A stretch of 39,624 bases of DNA from Ardenticatenia bacterium (GTDB taxonomy: Bacteria; Chloroflexota; Anaerolineae; Aggregatilineales; JALXEW01): the NCBI GenBank assembly GCA_027069285.1, contig JALXEW010000261.1:1-39624 (forward strand), in the 5' to 3' direction. Below, in pieces: positions 9,231 through 17,562 of the stretch. Positions within the stretch are counted from its first letter, which is position 1. Every line of letters begins with the position of its first letter. The notes under the pieces were generated by a model, which worked only from the letters and a program-made list of their open reading frames with translations, ran no database searches and was not told the origin of the DNA. Made by a program: the position numbers and the translations under genes.

Positions 9231-11434
9231 CTCACAGGCTCCTGCCCGGCGGCAAACGTCAACATATCGTCACCGGCATCCACCGTGATAAGCGTTCCAG
9301 GCGGGGGATTCTCGCGCAGCAAGAAATCCGCCAGAGGCTCCCGCACATACCTGCGGATTATTCGCCTCAGCGGCCTGGCGCCCCATTCCGGGTGAGTATT
9401 CCTGGATAGCATCCACTCCCTGGCCGCATCGGTAAAGCGCAACGACAAACCCCGTCCGGTGGCCATAGCGGCCTCCTTCTTGAGCATCAGATCCAGGATA
9501 GCCCGCAAATGCTCCGGCGCCAGCGGGTGGAATATCACAATATCGTCCAAACGGTTCAAAAATTCGGGGCGGAAGTGGGCACGCACCTCGGCCATGACCT
9601 TAGCGCGGGTCTCATCGCTCAAGACCGGCTCGGTAAGATAGCGGGCGCCTAAATTACTGGTGAGTATGATCACCGTCTCGCCAAACGGCACGGTATTACC
9701 CTGGCCATCGGTCAGGCGGCCCTCCTCGATCACCTGGAGCAATATATCCAGCACACGAGGATGAGCCTTCTCCACCTCATCGAAGAGCACCACACTATAC
9801 GGCCTGCGCCTCACCCGTTCGGTTAACTGACCGCCGCCCTCATAGCCCACATATCCCGGCGGGGCACCGATCAACCTGCTGACGGTACTCTCATCCTGAT
9901 ACTCCGACATATCGAGCGCGATGATCGCCTCCTCGGAACCGAACATAAACTCGGCCAGAGCCTTTGCCAGCTCGGTCTTACCGACCCCGGTTGGCCCCAG
10001 GAAGAGAAACGCCCCAATGGGACGTTTGGGGTCCTTCAGGCCCACCCGCGCCGCCTTGACCGCCCTGCTCACGGCCATCACCGCCTCATCCTGACCGATC
10101 AGGCGCTCGTGCAAATGCTCCACCATACTGGCATACCGGGTTCGCTCATCCTCGCCGAGCTTGTTAACCGGTATACCTGTCATCTGACTGGCGGCAAGCG
10201 TCACATCCTCGGCATCCACCCGTGTATCCGTCTTAGTGATCGGGCGGAACGGCAATTGCGGCTGAGCACTCATACTCACCAACGCACATGCCCTATGCAG
10301 CAACTGCTCCGCCGAGCGCGGCAATGCAGTCTCCGATAGATAGCGGGACGCGAGCCTGGCGGCCACCTGTAGCGCCTCGTCCTCTATCTGCAGGCCGTAA
10401 TCCACCTCGAGATGCGGCTTCTTAACCCTCAGTATCTCGACCGTCTCATCAACATCGGGCGGCTCCACCTGCAGGCGATGCGTCCGTTCGGCCACAACAG
10501 CCGAAGACTCCAGGCGCGCCTTATAATCCTGATACGTCGTAGTCCCCATGATCACCGGATCATCGCCCAAAAGCGCCTTCTGGAGCTTAACCCCGGCCTT
10601 TGGGAACTCGGCCTTAAACGTCCCGCCGAAAAAGCGATGGATATGCGGCACGAACAAGATACCGCCTTTAGCACGCTTCAGGCCGGATTGGATCGCCATG
10701 ACCGGGTTATCCAGCAAAGCGGCCTCCTCAACGGTCACCAGACGGTCAAGGTCTGTCGGGCCTTTACCTTCCGCCATCAACAGCCCCAGGCTATAGCCCA
10801 AAGTGCGCTTACCGGCGCCTGGCGGCCCGATGAGGATCACATGACGCGGCCACTTCTGCGTCAGGATATTGATCAGCTCGGAAAGCAACCGCTCCCGGAA
10901 GTATACGGCGTGGAATTGCCCCTCCCTGGCGCTGGCGACCACATCCTGAGTAGTAGTTTTACGGCGCAACACCCGCCCGGTCATAATATCCCGCAGCACC
11001 GAAGTAGTAATGCCGTACCTGCGCAAGATCGGGGCGGTTGGGATGCCCGGATCGCACATAGTGCCCAGCGCGTGATCGCTGCCGATCCAGACCTCATCCA
11101 GCGAATGGGCAACACTCAACGCCTCGTCGAGCACCTCGATCAACTTGCGCGAAAGCGGCACACGGCGGTCGCCATCCGCCAGGAAAAACATGCCGCCGTC
11201 AAGGCCGCGATTGGCCTTAGCCGCCCTTTCCACCTCATGTTCCAAATGCTTGAGCTTAAAGCCACGCTCCTCCGAAAGCCGAGCCAGCAAATCAAAAGCG
11301 GCGCATTCCGGGGTGCGGATGAAAGCCAGCAGCAAATACTCCGGCGTCAGCAGGCGAGACCCTGCCAGCTCCGAGGCCACACTCATAGTTTTCGAAAGCT
11401 CTTCGGAAAGCAAGTCCGGGTTAAGGACTGTCAT
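9227..11434 (-). CDS. Clp/Hsp100-family AAA+ protein with Clp_N domain, degenerate first nucleotide-binding domain and intact second
   Basis: Clp_N-like repeats are visible (LTPEYLLLAFIRTPECAAFDLLARL). D2 motifs are intact: FLFLGPTGVGKTELAKALA, VVLFDEVEKAHP and LIGAPPGYVGYEGGGQLTE. The D1 motifs deviate (see findings). I chose the ATG at 11432-11434 (MTVLNPDLLSEEL...). The 79-codon upstream extension in the track is Cys/Arg/Gly-rich and looks non-coding. Confidence 0.85.
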   Translation of the reverse strand: MTVLNPDLLSEELSKTMSVASELAGSRLLTPEYLLLAFIRTPECAAFDLLARLSEERGFKLKHLEHEVERAAKANRGLDGGMFFLADGDRRVPLSRKLIEVLDEALSVAHSLDEVWIGSDHALGTMCDPGIPTAPILRRYGITTSVLRDIMTGRVLRRKTTTQDVVASAREGQFHAVYFRERLLSELINILTQKWPRHVILIGPPGAGKRTLGYSLGLLMAEGKGPTDLDRLVTVEEAALLDNPVMAIQSGLKRAKGGILFVPHIHRFFGGTFKAEFPKAGVKLQKALLGDDPVIMGTTTYQDYKARLESSAVVAERTHRLQVEPPDVDETVEILRVKKPHLEVDYGLQIEDEALQVAARLASRYLSETALPRSAEQLLHRACALVSMSAQPQLPFRPITKTDTRVDAEDVTLAASQMTGIPVNKLGEDERTRYASMVEHLHERLIGQDEAVMAVSRAVKAARVGLKDPKRPIGAFLFLGPTGVGKTELAKALAEFMFGSEEAIIALDMSEYQDESTVSRLIGAPPGYVGYEGGGQLTERVRRRPYSVVLFDEVEKAHPRVLDILLQVIEEGRLTDGQGNTVPFGETVIILTSNLGARYLTEPVLSDETRAKVMAEVRAHFRPEFLNRLDDIVIFHPLAPEHLRAILDLMLKKEAAMATGRGLSLRFTDAAREWMLSRNTHPEWGARPLRRIIRRYVREPLADFLLRENPPPGTLITVDAGDDMLTFAAGQEPVR

Positions 11435-11529
11435 GGCCCAAGTCGCAGCAAAAAACCCCTCGGCGCAACAAGGGTATCCCGAAAACCGGCCACGCACAAG
11501 TAAACAAAACACAAAACCGCCCAAAAACC

Positions 11530-11549
11530 TTGACACATATGGTATTATA
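11530..11549. promoter_or_regulatory. AT-rich promoter island in the clp-like / liv divergent region
   Basis: This is the only AT-rich patch in the 365-bp gap. TTGACA lies on the plus strand at 11530-11535, and a perfect TATAAT lies on the minus strand (attata, 11544-11549). The partner hexamers are weak for both orientations. Confidence 0.35.
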
Positions 11550-11606
11550 TTAATGTGCTCTCTATCGCATCCATGCGGACAACATCTGAGTGCCCGGCCC
11601 ATATCG

Positions 11607-11647
11607 GGACATCCCCGTCCTCGAGTTGGGCGGGGTCCGGTGTTTTT
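11607..11647 (+). terminator. terminator-like hairpin plus T5 run in the leader upstream of the liv binding-protein gene
   Basis: GGAC(AT)CCC(C)GTCC-TCGAGTT-GGGC GGG GTCC can form about 11 bp, and it is followed by GGTGTTTTT (11643-11647). It lies between the TTGACA box and the ATG at 11800. Confidence 0.3.
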
Positions 11648-11799
11648 CCATATCGGTTGCCTCCAAACCACACCATCAGTGGCCTAAAACCGTGCGGCTT
11701 TGGGAAAGGAGGGTAAAAGCAGAGAGGCAAGCCGAAGTTCTCCACCAATCGCCGAAGTCTATTCTCTAATTCTCACCAGCCTATGGGAAGGAGTGAAAG

Positions 11800-13065
11800 A
11801 TGAACAGGCGAGTTCTGGCAATCACCGTTCTGGTCGTGATGCTCGTGAGCATGAGCGTCCCGATGTCGGTTGGAGCACAGGAAGGCGAGCCGATACTCAT
11901 CGGCCTACAAGGCCCGATGACCGGCGACTACGCCTACGAGGGCCAGGGCTTCCAAAAAGCAGTCCAACTGATGGTTGACCTCACCAATGAGCAAGGCGGC
12001 ATCCTCGGTCGCCCGGTGGAGCTAATAGTCGAGGACGACGCAGGCGACCCCACCCAGGCGGCACTGGTGGCCGAGCGCCTGGTCGACGCCGGCGTGGTGG
12101 CCGTGATCGGCGCCTACAACTCCACCGCAACCGAGCCGGCATCCGAAGTCTACCACGAAGCCGGCATCCTACACATCACCCCCTCGTCCACCGCAACCCG
12201 CCTGACCGAGAAGGGCTTCGAGCAATTCTTCCGGGTCTGCTTCCTGGACGACCGCCAGGGTCTGTTCGCAGTCCGCTTCATGGACGAGGTACTGGGAGCA
12301 GAACGGATCGGCATCCTGCACGATAACTCCACCTACGCCGCAGGCCTGGCGGAGTGGACCCGCTACTACGCCGAGGAGGCGGGGCTGGAAGTGGTCTTCT
12401 ACGACGCCATCAACCCCGAAGACCAGGACTTCACCCCGATCCTGACCAACATCGGCGAAGTCAACCCCGATGCGGTCTACTTCACCGGCTACCACGCTCA
12501 GGGCGGACTGCTGCTGCGCCAGACCGCAGACCTGGGCCTGGACATCCAGTGGATCATGGGCAACGCCTGCAACAACCCGGAGCTGATCGAGATCGCTGGC
12601 GTCGACGCGGCAGCCGGCACCTTCATCACCACCGAGCCGCTGCCCCAAGACCTGGACTATCCGGAAGCCCGTGAATTCGTCGAGCTATTCGAGGAAACCT
12701 ACGGCGAGCCACTGACCAGCATCTGGTGGCTGATGGCAGCCGAAGCCTTCAACGTCATCCGCTACGCCATCGAGGAAACCGGCAGCACCGATACCGAGGT
12801 ACTGGCCGACTTCCTCCACAACGAATTCCACGACTTCCCAGGCCTGACCGGCCCGATCATCGGCTTTGACGAGAAGGGCGACCGCCTGGGCACCATCCAC
12901 GTAGCCTACATCATCGACGAAGACGGCAACTTCGTCCTCTACCCGGAGCAACCCGCCGCAGGTGAAGAAGAAGAGGCCGCTCCCGCCGAGGAAGAAGAAG
13001 CCGGCGAGGCCGAGGAAGCCGCAACCGAGGAGGAAAGCACCGCCGAGGAAGAAGAAGGCGGATGA
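11800..13065 (+). CDS. branched-chain amino acid (LIV-type) ABC transporter substrate-binding protein with signal peptide and poly-Glu C-terminal tail
   Basis: GGAAGGAG Shine-Dalgarno precedes the ATG. The signal peptide is MNRRVLAITVLVVMLVSMSVPMSVGA/QE. The type-I periplasmic-binding-fold pattern is present (ILIGLQGPMTGDYAYEG..., VVAVIGAYNSTAT, DAVYFTGYHAQGG). It lies directly upstream of livHMGF homologues. Confidence 0.88.
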   Translation: MNRRVLAITVLVVMLVSMSVPMSVGAQEGEPILIGLQGPMTGDYAYEGQGFQKAVQLMVDLTNEQGGILGRPVELIVEDDAGDPTQAALVAERLVDAGVVAVIGAYNSTATEPASEVYHEAGILHITPSSTATRLTEKGFEQFFRVCFLDDRQGLFAVRFMDEVLGAERIGILHDNSTYAAGLAEWTRYYAEEAGLEVVFYDAINPEDQDFTPILTNIGEVNPDAVYFTGYHAQGGLLLRQTADLGLDIQWIMGNACNNPELIEIAGVDAAAGTFITTEPLPQDLDYPEAREFVELFEETYGEPLTSIWWLMAAEAFNVIRYAIEETGSTDTEVLADFLHNEFHDFPGLTGPIIGFDEKGDRLGTIHVAYIIDEDGNFVLYPEQPAAGEEEEAAPAEEEEAGEAEEAATEEESTAEEEEGG

Positions 13066-13098
13066 GGCCATACCGCCCATAACAGGCCAGATCATCGG

Positions 13099-13126
13099 TC
13101 GGGAGGGGGTCGCAACCCCCTCCCGA
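13099..13126 (+). terminator. perfect 12-bp GC-rich stem-loop after the binding-protein gene (intercistronic attenuator / mRNA stabiliser candidate)
   Basis: TCGGGAGGGGGT-cgca-ACCCCCTCCCGA. No T-run follows. Confidence 0.5.
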
Positions 13127-13144
13127 TAGATGTGTGCCTCGGTT

Positions 13145-13181
13145 GGGAGCCGGAACCCATATACACCCGGTTCCCGCTCCC
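13145..13181 (+). terminator. second intercistronic stem-loop (13 bp, one mismatch)
   Basis: GGGAGCCGGAACC ... GGTTCCCGCTCCC with an 11-nt loop, 43 nt before the livH-like ATG. Confidence 0.4.
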
Positions 13182-13223
13182 TCAGCCATTTGCAACCTAT
13201 CCTCACCGTAGCGGGAAGAAAAC

Positions 13224-14144
13224 ATGGAAAAATTCCTCCAGCAACTGATCAACGGACTGACCATCGGCGGCTTCTACGCCCTGGTAGCCCTCGGCTACAC
13301 GATGGTCTACGGCGTCCTCAAGCTGATCAACTTCGCCCACGGCGATATGTTCATGTGGGGCACACTGGTCGGCTGGGCGCTACTGGCCGCCCTGGTGGCT
13401 CCCCTCGCCGGCATGGACCTGGTAGCCATACTCATAACCTCGGTAGTCGTAATGGGAGTGATCGGCGCAGTCGGCGTCACCATAGAGCGTGTGGCCTACC
13501 GCCCGCTCCGCAAGGCCGGCAGACTCTCACCGGTGATCTCCGCCCTGGGTGCCGCCTTCGTACTGGAAGCACTCGCCCGTAACGCCACCGAGGCCCGCGT
13601 CAAAGTGTACCCCCAAAACCTGCTGGAGAACCTCCCCAGCATCCCACTCATAGGCGGAGTATCCCTTTCGGGACTCCAACTACTGATGCTGATCACATGC
13701 GTGCTGCTGATGGTGGGGCTTTACGCCTTCGTACAGCGCACCAGGATCGGCACCGCCATGCGGGCCGTCTCCCTCGATCACGACGTATCCCGGCTGATGG
13801 GCATAAACGTCGATCAGATCATCACCCTGGTATTCTTCATAGGCCCGGCGCTGGGCGGCATCGGCGGGGTACTGGTTGGGCTTTACTACCGCTCATTCGA
13901 CTTCACCCTCGGCTGGATATTCGGCCTCAAAGCATTCATCGCCGCGATCCTGGGCGGGATCGGCAACATACCCGGCGCCGTGCTCGGCGGATTCGTCCTG
14001 GGCATAGTCGAAACTATGGCAACCGCCTACGGTGGCGCCGGCGCATCGGCATGGAAGGACGCCATCGCCTACATCCTGCTGATCATCATCCTGATCGCAC
14101 GCCCGACCGGCATCCTGGGCGAGACCGTCGCGGAAAAGGTGTAG
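13224..14144 (+). CDS. livH: branched-chain amino acid ABC transporter permease, LivH type
   Basis: N-terminus MEKFLQQLINGLTIGGFYALVALGYTMVYGVLKLINFAHGD and C-terminus ...ILLIIILIARPTGILGE are the LivH family signatures. 306 aa, similar to E. coli LivH. Confidence 0.9.
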   Translation: MEKFLQQLINGLTIGGFYALVALGYTMVYGVLKLINFAHGDMFMWGTLVGWALLAALVAPLAGMDLVAILITSVVVMGVIGAVGVTIERVAYRPLRKAGRLSPVISALGAAFVLEALARNATEARVKVYPQNLLENLPSIPLIGGVSLSGLQLLMLITCVLLMVGLYAFVQRTRIGTAMRAVSLDHDVSRLMGINVDQIITLVFFIGPALGGIGGVLVGLYYRSFDFTLGWIFGLKAFIAAILGGIGNIPGAVLGGFVLGIVETMATAYGGAGASAWKDAIAYILLIIILIARPTGILGETVAEKV

Positions 14145-14150
14145 TACGCC

Positions 14151-15902
14151 ATGAACGTAAACTCCATCGCCACAGACAAACGTCAGCTATCCAGGCTGGG
14201 GTACGCATTGCTCCTGATCCTGGCACTGGCATTGCCGTTCCTGGGCTTCATGGATCGTTCCAAAATGTCGGTCGCAGTGCTGGCCGGCATCTACGTCATA
14301 CTCGGCCTCAGCCTGAACATCATCGTGGGATATGCCGGGCTGTTCCAGCTGGGACACGCGGCGTTTTACGGACTCGGCGCCTATACGACCGCGATCCTGA
14401 GCATCAACTACGGAGTACCGGTACTGCTCAGCATCCCGATCGCAGCACTGATAGCCGGAATCGCCGCCATAATCATCTCCAAGCCCATATTGCACCTGCG
14501 GGGTGACTACCTGTGTATCGTCACCATCGCCTTCGGCGAGATATTCCGCATAGCAGCCGTCAACAACATCTTCGGCATAACCGGCGGCTCCAACGGCCTG
14601 TTCGGCACCGCCCGCCCGGAGTTCCTGCTCCCGTGGATCGAGCCGATACCGTTGATCACCCTGATCGCGATCCTGATAGTCTACGCGATAACCGTGCGCA
14701 AAAGCCCTCTCAACGTCCAACTGCTAGGCGGAGCCGCCATAGCGCTGGCATACTACCTGCCGCCGCTGATCACCGGCCAGGAGCCACTTTTCGTACTCTC
14801 CATCGTCATGGGGCTGCTGGGACTGCTGGTCGCGAGCATGACCCACAACTTCTCATATAGGGAAGCAGGTGCACTCTGGGGCATCGCAGTCGTCTTTGCC
14901 CTGATCATGCTCATCGGCGGCGGGAACCTGGCCGGAGCCATAGACCAGGGCGTCCGCGACACCTTCAAAGTCGGCGACCCGATCGAAGGGCCTATGGGGA
15001 TGACATTCGTCCCGGTAGCCTTCAAGCGCGACCCGATCCCCTACTACTACCTGGTGCTGATATTCATCATCATCACCCTGGTCGGGATGCTCAGACTACA
15101 AGATTCCCGCCTGGGCAGGGCATGGCTCTACGTCCGCGAAGACGAACTGGCCGCCGAGGCGACGGGCATCGACACCACCCGGGTGAAACTGGCGGCATTC
15201 GCCATAGGCTCGGCATGGGCCGGCGTGGCCGGGACGCTTTACGCCAGCCGGTTCACCGTGGTATCACCCGACAGCTTCGACTTCCTGCAATCGGTGATCA
15301 TATTCTGTATCGTGGTACTGGGCGGCAGCGGCTCGATCCCCGGCATACTGGTCGGCACACTCGGAATGGTCGTCCTGCCGGAGCTTTTGCGGGATGTGGC
15401 GCCAACCTTCCTGATCGAAGGCATCGGCCCGTTCGCGATCCTGGCACTCATCCTGGCATTCTACATCCACAGCCGCAGGCAGCACCTGACCAAAGCCGCC
15501 CTGGAAGCCGGAGCCATTGCACTGGCCTTCATAGCGCCCACCCTGCTCACCGCCCAACCCTCGCTATACCTGGCAGGGATAGTCGCCGCACTGGTCGGAG
15601 TGTGGATCGCATCGGAGCTGAACCGACGCGACATCAACCCCATCCCGTGGCTATGGGGCGGGGCGGTCATCTACATCGCCCTGCTCACCCTGGCCGGGCA
15701 AGGGCTGGCCCAATCGCTTTCCGACGGCATACACAACTTCAGGATCACCGATTGGCGCGACGGCCTGATGGGTGCGGCAATGGTCCTTATGATGATCCTG
15801 CGCCCGGCAGGCCTGATACCGGAACGCCGCAGGGGCATCGTCTTCTCTGCGGTCGCCGAGGTCGGCGAGGGAGAATCCGTCTCCACCCCACAGCTTGCGT
15901 GA
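14151..15902 (+). CDS. livM: branched-chain amino acid ABC transporter permease, LivM type, unusually long
   Basis: LivM core motifs are present: LSLNIIVGYAGLFQLGHAAFYGLGAYT, RLGRAWLYVREDELAAEATGIDTTRVKLAAFAIGSAWAGVAGTLYA and VVLGGSGSIPGILVGT. The typical terminal ...MILRPAGL box is displaced about 170 aa downstream by extra hydrophobic helices. Confidence 0.85.
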   Translation: MNVNSIATDKRQLSRLGYALLLILALALPFLGFMDRSKMSVAVLAGIYVILGLSLNIIVGYAGLFQLGHAAFYGLGAYTTAILSINYGVPVLLSIPIAALIAGIAAIIISKPILHLRGDYLCIVTIAFGEIFRIAAVNNIFGITGGSNGLFGTARPEFLLPWIEPIPLITLIAILIVYAITVRKSPLNVQLLGGAAIALAYYLPPLITGQEPLFVLSIVMGLLGLLVASMTHNFSYREAGALWGIAVVFALIMLIGGGNLAGAIDQGVRDTFKVGDPIEGPMGMTFVPVAFKRDPIPYYYLVLIFIIITLVGMLRLQDSRLGRAWLYVREDELAAEATGIDTTRVKLAAFAIGSAWAGVAGTLYASRFTVVSPDSFDFLQSVIIFCIVVLGGSGSIPGILVGTLGMVVLPELLRDVAPTFLIEGIGPFAILALILAFYIHSRRQHLTKAALEAGAIALAFIAPTLLTAQPSLYLAGIVAALVGVWIASELNRRDINPIPWLWGGAVIYIALLTLAGQGLAQSLSDGIHNFRITDWRDGLMGAAMVLMMILRPAGLIPERRRGIVFSAVAEVGEGESVSTPQLA

Positions 15903-15911
15903 GGCTATGAA

Positions 15912-16844
15912 ATGGCCCAGATTGAAGCCACACTAACCGGAGAAAAACAAAAAGACAACGAGGCCGTCCCATTGCTGGAAGTCACATCGCTCAGCAAAGA
16001 CTTCGGCGGCCTGCGGGCCGTGGATAACCTGAGTTTCACCCTGAGACGCGGCGAAATCCTCAGCATCATCGGCCCAAACGGCGCCGGGAAAACCACCGTC
16101 TTCAACATGGTCACCTGCATATACCCGGCGACCACCGGCACGGTGATCTTCGACGGCGAAATGATCGTACAATCGCCCGAAAGCGCGTTCGACCGATGGC
16201 TACGCGCGGTGATGACGGTGTTGGCCGGGTGGATACCGTGGCTACCCCACCAGATACTGAAGTCACGCGGCCTCATACCCATACTCCGCCCACACGATAT
16301 AGTCGAACGGGGCATCGCCCGCACCTTCCAGACCATCCGCCTCTTCCCGCGACTGACGGTGCTGGAAAACGTGATGGCCGGACAACATCACAAAGGCCAC
16401 GCCGGAGCAGTTGGCGCACTACTCCGCCTCCCGGCAGAGAGGGCAGAAGAGAAACAATTCGTGGAAAACTCCATGAAATACCTGCAAATGGTCGGCCTGG
16501 ACGATAGGGCCGACGAACTGGCCCGAAACCTGCCATATGGCGACCAACGCCGCCTGGAGATCGCGCGTGCACTGGCGACCGAACCGAAGCTACTGGTGCT
16601 GGACGAACCGGCGGCAGGCCTCAACGAGGCCGAGAGCCTGGAGCTGATGGACACGATCCGGAACCTGCGGGATAGCGGCATCACCATCCTGCTCATCGAA
16701 CACGATATGAAAGTCGTGATGAACATCTCCGATCGGGTGATCGTGCTCGATAACGGGGTCAAAATAGCCGAAGGCACACCCGCCGAGGTGCAAAACGACC
16801 CCAAAGTGATCGCCGCCTACCTGGGCGAGGAGGAGGCGGAATAA
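15912..16844 (+). CDS. livG: branched-chain amino acid ABC transporter ATP-binding protein, LivG type, with internal insertion
   Basis: Walker A GPNGAGKTT, Q-loop RTFQTIRLF, signature LPYGDQRRLEIARAL, Walker B LLVLDEPAAGL and H-loop LLIEHDM are all present. Confidence 0.9.
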   Translation: MAQIEATLTGEKQKDNEAVPLLEVTSLSKDFGGLRAVDNLSFTLRRGEILSIIGPNGAGKTTVFNMVTCIYPATTGTVIFDGEMIVQSPESAFDRWLRAVMTVLAGWIPWLPHQILKSRGLIPILRPHDIVERGIARTFQTIRLFPRLTVLENVMAGQHHKGHAGAVGALLRLPAERAEEKQFVENSMKYLQMVGLDDRADELARNLPYGDQRRLEIARALATEPKLLVLDEPAAGLNEAESLELMDTIRNLRDSGITILLIEHDMKVVMNISDRVIVLDNGVKIAEGTPAEVQNDPKVIAAYLGEEEAE

Positions 16845-16845
16845 C

Positions 16846-17562
16846 ATGGCGCTCCTGGAGCTACAAGATATACACACATACTACGGCCACGTCCACGCCC
16901 TCAAGGGCATCTCGCTACAAGTGGAAGAAGGGCAAATAGTCGCCCTGATCGGCGCAAATGGCGCCGGCAAAACCACCACACTCCGCACGATCTCCGGGCT
17001 GCTGCGCCCCCGCTCCGGCTCGATCATCTTCGACGGCAACCCGATCCACAGAATGCCCGCGCACAGGATCGTACACCTGGGACTGACCCACGCCCCCGAA
17101 GGCCGCCAGGTATTCCCGACCCTGACCGTCCAGGAAAACCTGAACATGGGCGCCTACACACTCGGCAACGACAAAGAAGCCATCGAGGAAAACCGCCGCC
17201 GCGTCTTCAAACTCTTCCCACGGCTGGAGGAACGTAAAAATCAGCTCGGCGGCACACTTTCGGGCGGCGAGCAGCAAATGCTCTCCATCGGCAGAGCACT
17301 CATGTCCAGGCCCAAACTGCTGATGCTGGACGAGCCATCACTGGGCCTAGCGCCGATGCTGGTCAAGGCCATCTTCGAAACCATCCGCGAGATCAACCGA
17401 CAGGGCGTGACCGTATTGCTGGTCGAGCAAAACGCCCGCGCCGCGCTCAAACTGGCCGACTACGCATACGTGCTCGAAACCGGCACGATAGCGCTCGAAG
17501 GCCCGGCGGGCGAGCTACTGCGCGACGAGCGCGTGCGCAAAGCGTACCTGGGCGAAACATGA
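16846..17562 (+). CDS. livF: branched-chain amino acid ABC transporter ATP-binding protein, LivF type
   Basis: LLELQDIHTYYGHVHALKGISL, Walker A GANGAGKTTT, signature LSGGEQQMLSIGRAL and Walker B LLMLDEPSLGL. 238 aa. Confidence 0.92.
   Translation: MALLELQDIHTYYGHVHALKGISLQVEEGQIVALIGANGAGKTTTLRTISGLLRPRSGSIIFDGNPIHRMPAHRIVHLGLTHAPEGRQVFPTLTVQENLNMGAYTLGNDKEAIEENRRRVFKLFPRLEERKNQLGGTLSGGEQQMLSIGRALMSRPKLLMLDEPSLGLAPMLVKAIFETIREINRQGVTVLLVEQNARAALKLADYAYVLETGTIALEGPAGELLRDERVRKAYLGET

Noticed and set aside
11435-11671. 79-codon N-terminal extension of the Clp-like gene
   Set aside because: The extension is Cys/Arg/Gly/Pro-rich (RGRGCPDMGRALRCCPHGCD...) and covers the AT-rich promoter island. 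The Clp_N domain starts right after the internal ATG at 11434.
11520-11799. T-box leader upstream of the liv operon
   Set aside because: There is no T-box sequence (…GGGUGGUACCGCG…), AG bulge or GA/K-turn pattern, and no obvious specifier loop. The structure is kept only as an unclassified leader.
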